Origin: Photorhabdus cinerea
GTDB lineage: Bacteria; Pseudomonadota; Gammaproteobacteria; Enterobacterales; Enterobacteriaceae
NCBI RefSeq assembly: GCF_011189575.1
Contig: NZ_PUJW01000039.1
Coordinates: 1 to 18,809 of the forward strand
DNA length: 18,809 nt
Direction: 5' to 3'
The stretch's first letter is position 1, and each line of letters begins with the position of its first letter. Both the position numbers and the translations under genes were made by a program. Under the pieces are notes generated by a model. That model was not told the DNA's origin. It saw only the letters and a program-made list of their open reading frames with translations, and ran no database searches. This document shows, in pieces, positions 13,057 to 18,809 of the stretch.

Positions 13057-13368
13057 ATGAACGCATACAACAACGGCGCATACCACAACAACGCATACCA
13101 CAACGGCGCATACTACAGCTACACATACAACAACAAAGCATACTACAACAACACATACTACGACAACGCAACAATGTACGTAGATAAATTCACGGGTAAG
13201 CAATATCTCGTACAAAACCGCAACAGCGGAAGAGTTACACAGTATGCACCAAACGTACAGGTGTATCACGACTGGTCATGTGAAGATGGCGGCAAATTAT
13301 GCACTACAGTTTTCAAAAGCCGCAAAGAACTAAATAGCTGGCTTCGCATGATGGGATTCAAGAACTAA
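13057..13368 (+). CDS. Hypothetical protein with an N-terminal Asn/Tyr-rich pentapeptide repeat region (103 aa)
   Basis: A GAGGA SD lies 9 nt upstream. The N-terminus is MNAY-NNGAY-HNNAY-HNGAY-YSYTY-NNKAY-YNNTY-YDNATMY, followed by a non-repetitive 60-aa C-terminus (DKFTGKQYLVQNRNSGRVTQYAPNVQVYHDWSCEDGGKLCTTVFKSRKELNSWLRMMGFKN). It is the first ORF after pL. Confidence 0.55.
   Translation: MNAYNNGAYHNNAYHNGAYYSYTYNNKAYYNNTYYDNATMYVDKFTGKQYLVQNRNSGRVTQYAPNVQVYHDWSCEDGGKLCTTVFKSRKELNSWLRMMGFKN
13060..13179 (+). repeat. About eight tandem 15-bp degenerate repeats (GCATAC[C/T]ACAAC[A/G][A/G]C type)
   Basis: It can be read directly: aacgcatacaacaac ggcgcataccacaac aacgcataccacaac ggcgcatactacagc tacacatacaacaac aaagcatactacaac aacacatactacgac. 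The region is CA-rich and in frame with the CDS. Confidence 0.8.
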
Positions 13369-13382
13369 CTAAAAGGAAGTTC

Positions 13383-13430
13383 CGCTCTTTAACAATATGA
13401 CGATTAATCGCTCTGAATAAGTGTTAGAGC
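13383..13430 (+). promoter_or_regulatory. nutL: boxA plus a downstream hairpin (boxB candidate)
   Basis: CGCTCTTTAACAA lies at 13383-13395 (consensus boxA). After 14 nt there is a hairpin, GCTCTGA-ATAAGTG-TTAGAGC (13410-13430, 7 bp including one G-U pair). The spacing matches nutR. Confidence 0.7.
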
Positions 13431-13494
13431 AACCCCACGAGTAGGTTTTGGTGTGGAAGTCCACAACTAAAACTTACTGAGGAGGCAAAAAAAT

Positions 13495-13818
13495 ATGGCT
13501 ACTTCAAACCGTCCTGTTCTCACTCTTAAGAGTCTGGCAGACAGCGAAATTAAACCAACTGTCACTGTTAAGCCCAAAAAAGACAATGCAAAGTCTCGTC
13601 GCCTGGCAAAACAAATGGCTTTTTGGGATAAAAAACGCGCTGAGTATGAAGCAAAACCCAGAAGTCGTTCAGTTGATGAAATTATCGATTCAATTATTAA
13701 GCCAGTCGATGAAACTGATGTCATTGCAAATCTGATTATTGCTTTAAAGAGTAATGATAAGCCGGAAATTACGGGTAGTCGCTGTTTGCAAGATGCTTGG
13801 CTTTATTCAGTTAGATAA
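13495..13818 (+). CDS. N-like antitermination protein candidate (107 aa)
   Basis: It is the first gene after nutL, with a strong GAGGAGG SD, and is 107 aa like lambda N. The basic segment KPKKDNAKSRRLAKQMAFWDKKRAEYEAKPRSRS resembles arginine-rich motifs of P22 N (NAKTRRHERRRK), phi21 N (TAKSRYKARR) and lambda N (RRAEKQAQWK). Confidence 0.5.
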   Translation: MATSNRPVLTLKSLADSEIKPTVTVKPKKDNAKSRRLAKQMAFWDKKRAEYEAKPRSRSVDEIIDSIIKPVDETDVIANLIIALKSNDKPEITGSRCLQDAWLYSVR

Positions 13819-13833
13819 TATGAGGCATTAATT

Positions 13834-14007
13834 ATGAAAAAATCATTTTATGTTGTCGCTGGGAAATATGTAGAGTACGAAGGCGAACAAACTGAGGATA
13901 TCAAATTCGCTCATTCTTTCAACACAATGGAAGAAGCAGAGAAATGCGTTATTGAAAATGAATTAACAGTGTGCCAGATATGCCGAATTGAAGTTTATTT
14001 CAATTAA
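13834..14007 (+). CDS. Small hypothetical early protein (57 aa)
   Basis: It is below the track cutoff. A GAGG SD lies 8 nt upstream. The translation is MKKSFYVVAGKYVEYEGEQTEDIKFAHSFNTMEEAEKCVIENELTVCQICRIEVYFN. Confidence 0.5.
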   Translation: MKKSFYVVAGKYVEYEGEQTEDIKFAHSFNTMEEAEKCVIENELTVCQICRIEVYFN

Positions 14008-14068
14008 CTAATTACAGCTCATTTATAGATTGAGTGGGCTGTGGTGAGTTAATCATAGGAGAATAAAA

Positions 14069-14341
14069 GTGGAACTAACAGCAGAACATCAGAATTATAT
14101 GAAATGTATCGCAAATGATATTATCAATCTTTTCGAAGATAAAAATCAGTTGCTTGAAATAGTAAAAGAGAACGGAGATTTATATAACTCACTTTTCGAA
14201 GCTTGTACTAAAGACTTTTTCAAGCGTCAAAAAGATATGTGTGAAATTGCAATTACAGACATGTCAAAATGCTCAAATATAGTGCCACTTGCAATTCTAA
14301 AGCATATGCAAGATAACAATATGATTGCATTAAAAGTTTAA
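14069..14341 (+). CDS. Hypothetical early protein (90 aa)
   Basis: It has a GTG start 5 nt after an AGGAG SD. The product is a helical, acidic protein with no family I recognise. Confidence 0.6.
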   Translation: MELTAEHQNYMKCIANDIINLFEDKNQLLEIVKENGDLYNSLFEACTKDFFKRQKDMCEIAITDMSKCSNIVPLAILKHMQDNNMIALKV

Positions 14342-14408
14342 TTTCGCCACACCGGGAAAATAGGGAGTTACTGGCAGGGATGCTATTAATTAAATAGAGG
14401 ATTAAACA

Positions 14409-14726
14409 ATGTCAGACAATAAAAGACACGTGCACGCTGATTCAATGCTTGAATATGCGATTGATGCTTCGAAGACAGATAAGCCTTGGGAGCTGTGGGA
14501 ACAATTATGTTCTGATGAAACTGGAGGAAGTAACAGGCTTATTCCTGTAGAGGTCACTAGCACTGATGGTGTCATAGCATCAGAACTAGATCCAATTGGA
14601 GACGTTCAGGAGCTTAAAAAAGAACTAGCAGCGTTAGGTATGACAACTAATGAGGCAATAGAAATTTTACGTAAGTCTAGGTTGAGTAAGCAGGATCAAA
14701 GGAGAGCTGGGAGGCAGGCTTGCTGA
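14409..14726 (+). CDS. Hypothetical early protein (105 aa); possibly the 5' part of a frameshifted gene
   Basis: An AGAGGA SD precedes the start and the N-terminal two thirds are acidic. The last ~12 codons (SKQDQRRAGRQAC) look like out-of-frame sequence, and the +1 frame is open from 14686 to 14904. Confidence 0.55.
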   Translation: MSDNKRHVHADSMLEYAIDASKTDKPWELWEQLCSDETGGSNRLIPVEVTSTDGVIASELDPIGDVQELKKELAALGMTTNEAIEILRKSRLSKQDQRRAGRQAC

Positions 14727-14751
14727 AATACAACGTCAGAAAGACGAAGAA

Positions 14752-14904
14752 ATGCGACGGCAGGCTGACATTGAGCATCGTAAACGCATTAACAATGAAT
14801 CTCTGCAAGAGTTAATTAAAGCCGGAATCACGGAAGAATGTGCAAAAAATTGCATTAAAGTTATTGCTTCTGGAAATACGACTCACTTAAAAATCATCTA
14901 TTAA
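14752..14904 (+). CDS. Small ORF (50 aa), or the 3' part of the preceding gene
   Basis: MRRQADIEHRKRINNESLQELIKAGITEECAKNCIKVIASGNTTHLKIIY has protein-like composition. There is no convincing SD before the ATG at 14752. Confidence 0.3.
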   Translation: MRRQADIEHRKRINNESLQELIKAGITEECAKNCIKVIASGNTTHLKIIY

Positions 14905-15110
14905 TTATGAAAATAAACAAACATATTTTTAGTTTAGCTCAGTCTAAAGCCAGAATGGCACATAATATAGATAGCCAAATAATATGGAATATAGCAATGC
15001 AATATTTGAGATTAGCATATGAGTATGATTAAAGAGTGGCTCTTTGCTATGTTATATCCGTCTTGTTTGATTCTGTTTGCAACAATTATTTTAATCTTCG
15101 TGAGGTAATT

Positions 15111-15296
15111 ATGCTTATAGTCAATTGTGACTCTTTTAAAAGCTTTACAAAAAATAAAGGATTTGAGATTGAGGTTGAAGATGGATATTTCATAACAAAA
15201 GGAACTGCTGCGGAAATCATTGGAAACTCTAATCTTTGCTTCAATGAAATAAAGGAATATTTCGAGCAAAAGGGATACAAAATCGAGGCTTTATAA
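15111..15296 (+). CDS. Hypothetical early protein (61 aa)
   Basis: The ATG at 15111 follows a TGAGG SD. The track start at 15036 adds an implausible hydrophobic leader. The stop lies next to the following gene's start (TAATATG). Confidence 0.5.
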   Translation: MLIVNCDSFKSFTKNKGFEIEVEDGYFITKGTAAEIIGNSNLCFNEIKEYFEQKGYKIEAL

Positions 15297-15297
15297 T

Positions 15298-15555
15298 ATG
15301 AATCCATACGCTACTCAAGATGAACTTGAGGAAAAAAGATGGAATGATTTTCACACGGAATGTTTCAGGGAAGAAATTGAAGGCATGGATGCTGAAACCA
15401 TTTATAATAAACTCCCGCTCGAATCCACCAAGCTATTCTCAGATATAACAAATAAATATTTCGGCAGTATATTTGAAGACAATATCGAAGCAATGAATTT
15501 GCTCAATGACTTCTTATATGCAGCGTGTCTATTGGCAGTAAAACAAAAGGGGTAA
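15298..15555 (+). CDS. Hypothetical acidic early protein (85 aa)
   Basis: It is tightly packed between neighbouring genes and D/E-rich. I recognise no family. Confidence 0.6.
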   Translation: MNPYATQDELEEKRWNDFHTECFREEIEGMDAETIYNKLPLESTKLFSDITNKYFGSIFEDNIEAMNLLNDFLYAACLLAVKQKG

Positions 15556-15558
15556 ACA

Positions 15559-16377
15559 ATGAAACCCGGTATTTATTATGATATATCGAATGAAGATTAT
15601 CATTCCGGGGCTGGAATAAGTAAGTCACAGCTTGATGATATAGCAATAAACCCAGCCATTTTTCAATGGAGGAAAATGGCCCCAACTGATGAGGAAAAAA
15701 CAAAAGCTCTGGATATAGGAACGGCTCTTCATTGTTTATTATTAGAACCGAATGAATTTAGCAATCGATTTATTGAAGCGCCGGAGTTTAATAGACGAAC
15801 AAATGTAGGGAAAGAAGAGGAAAGGGAATTCCGTTCTCGATGCGCAAACTCAGGGAAAATAGTCATGGACTACGAACAACATCGGAAACTGAAAATTATG
15901 CGTGAGAGTGTCATGTCTCACGCAGGAGCCAGATATTTACTTGATGCAGAAGGACACTGCGAAGCATCAATTTATTGGAATGATACAGAAACAGGAGAGT
16001 TATGCAGGATTAGACCGGATAAGTTTTTAAAAGAAAGATCTTTGATTGTTGATGTGAAAAAAGTTGCTGACATGAGTAGATTTTCACGACACATCGAAGA
16101 GTTTAGATACCACGTTCAAGCAGCAATGTATTGTGAGGGATTTAAGCAGCATTTTGGGCAATCCCCGTCATTCGTCTTCATTGCTGTTAGTGAGTCAATA
16201 AATTGCGGTAGATACCCGGTTCGATTGTTTGTTCTTTGTGATGATGATCACGATGTTGGTTATTCATTATTTAGACGTGATATCGAAACATATCACACGT
16301 GCAAGGCATCAGATAATTGGGGCCTTGGTTTTGAAATAATTCAACGCCCGAAATGGGCAAGGAACAGAGATGAATAA
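15559..16377 (+). CDS. RecE-type PD-(D/E)XK exonuclease (exonuclease VIII C-terminal domain-like)
   Basis: The N-terminal GIYYDISNEDYHSGAGISKSQL signature, the RIRPD and IVDVKK catalytic-type D and D/E-x-K motifs, and QAAMY are typical of the RecE/PDDEXK_1 phage exonuclease family. Confidence 0.85.
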   Translation: MKPGIYYDISNEDYHSGAGISKSQLDDIAINPAIFQWRKMAPTDEEKTKALDIGTALHCLLLEPNEFSNRFIEAPEFNRRTNVGKEEEREFRSRCANSGKIVMDYEQHRKLKIMRESVMSHAGARYLLDAEGHCEASIYWNDTETGELCRIRPDKFLKERSLIVDVKKVADMSRFSRHIEEFRYHVQAAMYCEGFKQHFGQSPSFVFIAVSESINCGRYPVRLFVLCDDDHDVGYSLFRRDIETYHTCKASDNWGLGFEIIQRPKWARNRDE

Positions 16378-17209
16378 CGTAGTAGCAAACCCATTTGGCC
16401 CGGCAGGACAATCAGCTCAACAGGGAACCGGGATGATTGCCGTTGAACAACAAAGAGCCATACAGGAAGTCCAGGCGGCAATGATAATCGCCAAAAAATT
16501 CCCGCGCGACCCAATTGTCGCAATGGATAAAATTTTGCAAGCATGTACTCGTCCTACGCTGGCCGAGGGTGCGTTGTATTCATATAGCAAAGGAGGGGCA
16601 GCAGTAACAGGGCCTAGCATCCGTCTCGCTGAAGCGCTTGCTCAAAACTGGGGGAATATTCAATTTGGTATTAGAGAGCTGGAACAGAAAAACGGCGAAT
16701 CGTCTGTTGAAGCGTTCGCGTGGGATATTGAAACAAATACTCGTCAAGTTAAGACCTTTACTGTTCCACACGTCAGGTATACACGCAATGGCAAGAAAAA
16801 GCTGGAAGACCCGCGAGATATCTACGAAATGGTAGCAAACCAAGGTTCAAGACGTCTTCGCGCATGTATCCTCGGAGTCATACCGGGTGACGTTATTGAA
16901 GCCGCAGTGGGTCAGTGTGAGGTCACTTTGAACAGCCATGCTGACACGTCAGCAGAAGCTATTAAAAAGATGGTCGAGGTCTTTAAAAATGAATTTGGTG
17001 TTACAAGTGAACAAATTCAGAAACGTATACAGTGTCGTGTTGAAGCAATGCGTCCCGCCCAAATGGTCCAAATGAAAAAAATCTATGCGAGCTTGCGTGA
17101 TGGAATGTCAAGCATAGATGACTGGTTCGAGAAATCAGAAACAACTCAAAATAAAGTTGATGAGCTAAATAATATGGGGAATTCAACAAATGACAGAGGA
17201 ACAGAATAA
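16370..17209 (+). CDS. Probable single-strand annealing protein (divergent RecT/Red-beta superfamily), partner of the exonuclease
   Basis: It is translationally coupled, with an 8-nt overlap with the exonuclease gene. GSRRLRACILGVIP is reminiscent of the conserved RecT (AIRRLFKYLP) and Red-beta (RMLRHKAMIQCARL) segment. The assignment rests mainly on synteny. Confidence 0.55.
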   Translation: MNNVVANPFGPAGQSAQQGTGMIAVEQQRAIQEVQAAMIIAKKFPRDPIVAMDKILQACTRPTLAEGALYSYSKGGAAVTGPSIRLAEALAQNWGNIQFGIRELEQKNGESSVEAFAWDIETNTRQVKTFTVPHVRYTRNGKKKLEDPRDIYEMVANQGSRRLRACILGVIPGDVIEAAVGQCEVTLNSHADTSAEAIKKMVEVFKNEFGVTSEQIQKRIQCRVEAMRPAQMVQMKKIYASLRDGMSSIDDWFEKSETTQNKVDELNNMGNSTNDRGTE

Positions 17210-17289
17210 ATATATCGGCATACCTATTACCAATATCTAACCTTCCCTATCACTATATCACTACGCCGCATAAGCAGCGGAGGATTATT

Positions 17290-17535
17290 ATGACAGTCCA
17301 AAAAATGGAAGCTATCGTTTACTACTCTCACACAAGAAAAAGGAGATATTTCAGCAAAAATGCGGCAATTAAGGGTGAAGCCAATGCTCGAATATATAAA
17401 AAGTATCCACTAGAACAAATGGAATCCGAGAGCGGACGCGTTACTTATCCGGGTTATGACATAGCTGTAGATCATCCTGAATTTTACCGACGAGCAATTC
17501 GATATTTAACTTATTTACTCAAGAAAAATACATGA
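17290..17535 (+). CDS. Hypothetical basic protein (81 aa)
   Basis: A GGAGGA SD lies 6 nt upstream. I recognise no family. Confidence 0.6.
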   Translation: MTVQKMEAIVYYSHTRKRRYFSKNAAIKGEANARIYKKYPLEQMESESGRVTYPGYDIAVDHPEFYRRAIRYLTYLLKKNT

Positions 17536-17550
17536 TTCAGGAGACTTGTT

Positions 17551-18000
17551 ATGGAAAAAACACCGTGGAATCCAAGTGTTAAAGCAATCCAGCGGGTTAA
17601 AGACCCGTTACCAATTCCGACAGAATGCAGATATTGCAAAGGCGACGTAACAATAGCAAGTCACAAGGAAGTGTTCGGGAGGAATTATAGCAAGTGGCCG
17701 TGGTTATATATTTGTACTGAGTGTAGGGCTTATGTCGGCATGCATCAGTTTACTTGTATCCCACTCGGTACGCTGGCAAATAAAGCAACTCGGAACGCTA
17801 GAATGAATGGTCATTATCATTTTGAGGAAATGAGAGAAAAATGTAATTTAGGGCGAACGGACGCGTATAAATTTCTAGCAAGAAAATTAGGAATTAATTT
17901 CAGTGAATGTCACTTCGGCTGGTTCGATATTGACACGTGTTATCGAGCGAAAGAAATTTGTGAAAATATGATTATTAAAAAAGGTAATTATCATGACTAA
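17551..18000 (+). CDS. Zinc-ribbon phage protein (DUF3268-like)
   Basis: CRYCKG...W.YICTECRAYVGMH....IPLGTLA....RNAR...H fits my recollection of the DUF3268 zinc-finger family common in lambdoid early regions. Confidence 0.6.
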   Translation: MEKTPWNPSVKAIQRVKDPLPIPTECRYCKGDVTIASHKEVFGRNYSKWPWLYICTECRAYVGMHQFTCIPLGTLANKATRNARMNGHYHFEEMREKCNLGRTDAYKFLARKLGINFSECHFGWFDIDTCYRAKEICENMIIKKGNYHD

Positions 18001-18658
18001 AAATACAGAATCTTTAATATCCGCATGTCAAGAATTAGCAAGAACTGCGAATTGTGACGATTATTTAATTTTGAATGAGATTGCAGATAGATTGGAATTT
18101 CTTCGTAAAGAACACGATAGCTATAAAGAAATGTTTATTGAATCGTGCTTGGGCCTTGCTGCTATAGCTCGCGCTGCTGGAATTAAAGAAGAGAATGATT
18201 CGGGGTCGCCGGGCCAAGTAATAGAGAAAATTAACTCAATGCTTAATATAGATTGGAATTTCACAGAGCATCCAGATATTAAAGCTGGCGAAGAAATAAA
18301 ATGCTGGGCTTATGTGGAAAGAACTATTCGACAATTTGATTATTGTGATGTAGATGAGAATGGAAAGGCTCAATATCATTATCACCCAGTTGAATATAAA
18401 CGTTATGTTACTACTTTAACTTATCAAAACAAACCGAGCCCTACGGGAGAACATATTTTGTCGCGGCATGATGATATTCCAGAATGGGCAACACAAAATT
18501 ATGAATATGACTGGGTTCATAGTGTGGGTTGGTGTTTAGAATATAATCATCCTGATTACACTTATTACTATGAAGAATTAGATAAAAATCAAAAAGTTTT
18601 AGCGTGGGCAGAACTTAAATATCCATTGTCACCGGAACTAGATCTAGATAATGAATGA
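17993..18658 (+). CDS. Hypothetical early protein, Ea22-like N-terminus and DUF551-like C-terminus
   Basis: It overlaps the previous gene by 8 nt. The N-terminus is helical. The C-terminal ...KVLAWAELKYPLSPE resembles the W-x-PLP ending of DUF551 domains. The assignment is tentative. Confidence 0.5.
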   Translation: MTKNTESLISACQELARTANCDDYLILNEIADRLEFLRKEHDSYKEMFIESCLGLAAIARAAGIKEENDSGSPGQVIEKINSMLNIDWNFTEHPDIKAGEEIKCWAYVERTIRQFDYCDVDENGKAQYHYHPVEYKRYVTTLTYQNKPSPTGEHILSRHDDIPEWATQNYEYDWVHSVGWCLEYNHPDYTYYYEELDKNQKVLAWAELKYPLSPELDLDNE

Positions 18659-18809
18659 ATACTTATGTCATCACTTTTATTTTATCTGGAAACGAATGTT
18701 CAAGCGATACATGATAAATACTCTCGTGTATCGCGGCACTAATTTATCAGAAGCAAAAGACATTGCTGCATGTGAAATTGAAACATATTCTAAAAAGCGT
18801 GGATATTGG
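18651..18809 (+). CDS. Partial ORF running off the right edge (hypothetical)
   Basis: It is not in the track because it has no stop. The ATG at 18651 overlaps the previous stop (ATGAATGA). The translation MNEYLCHHFYFIWKRMFKRYMINTLVYRGTNLSEAKDIAACEIETYSKKRGYW stays open to the window end. Confidence 0.4.
   Translation, partial: MNEYLCHHFYFIWKRMFKRYMINTLVYRGTNLSEAKDIAACEIETYSKKRGYW

Larger units (their letters stand above)
1..18809. mobile_element. Internal segment of a lambdoid temperate phage/prophage (lysis, late control, nin, replication, immunity and pL early regions)
   Basis: Lambda-like gene order with recognisable Rz/Rz1, S holin, Q, NinG, NinB, cII, Cro, CI, RexA/RexB and a RecE-like exonuclease. 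Lambda-like 17-bp operators and boxA nut sites are present. The element ends are not inside the window. Confidence 0.9.

Noticed and set aside
13018-13269. Minus-strand ORF encoding VVVVC repeats
   Set aside because: It is an antisense shadow of the CA-rich 15-bp tandem repeat. It has no SD and it overlaps the pL leader in the wrong direction.
14907-15032. 41-aa ORF (MKINKHIFSLAQSKARMAHNIDSQIIWNIAMQYLRLAYEYD)
   Set aside because: It has no SD and is very short and AT-driven. It is kept only as a possible member of the small-ORF cluster and is not called as a feature.
722-17189. Remaining short track ORFs antisense to or nested in called genes (e.g. 722-952, 2232-2450, 4125-4319, 4201-4392, 4455-4673, 5903-6121, 6143-6403, 6410-6745, 8576-8758, 9086-9313, 11838-12080, 13467-13724, 15012-15269, 15086-15307, 15503-15703, 16341-16544, 16417-16620, 16580-16843, 16638-16835, 17001-17189)
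   Set aside because: Each lies wholly inside a longer ORF with recognisable homology or better start signals. None has a convincing SD or a recognisable motif.
17247-17265. TATCACTA-TATCACTA direct repeat resembling CI operator half-sites upstream of orf81
   Set aside because: The two copies are direct rather than inverted, and no 17-bp pseudo-palindrome like the OL/OR sites can be formed. It is likely a chance reuse of an AT-rich heptamer.

Overview
The window is an internal segment of a lambdoid temperate phage or prophage in a visibly AT-rich enterobacterial-type background. No integrase, att site or virion genes fall inside it. On the minus strand, read right to left, it carries: pR/OR, cro, nutR, cII, orf120, an ori-like intergenic region, a wHTH replication protein, an SF2 helicase, a Zn-ribbon/Toprim primase, two tandem Lar-family genes, ninB, a small orf, ninG/rap, orf68, Q, pR' with terminators, a P63C-domain moron, a lambda S-type holin, an endolysin, an extra small membrane protein, and nested Rz/Rz1. 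Rz/Rz1 run off the left edge and are absent from the supplied ORF track. On the plus strand it carries: a short CI-like repressor, rexA and rexB homologues, a terminator, OL/pL, an Asn/Tyr pentapeptide-repeat gene, nutL, an N-like protein, a run of small AT-rich early ORFs, a RecE-like exonuclease with an annealing protein, three further early ORFs, and one partial ORF at the right edge. The items most worth follow-up are listed here. (1) A two-gene cassette (54-aa protein plus a 148-aa two-TM, SLATT-like protein) lies antisense inside the Q-dependent late leader. (2) The repeat gene sits between pL and nutL. (3) A divergent RexAB pair is paired with a CI that has a lambda-like DNA-binding domain but no autocleavage domain. 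(4) The P63C moron lies behind a mirror-symmetric array of TAGCTA boxes. (5) A solitary CRISPR type I-E-like repeat lies between cI and rexA. All homology statements come from my memory of reference proteins and my own translation, because no searches were run.
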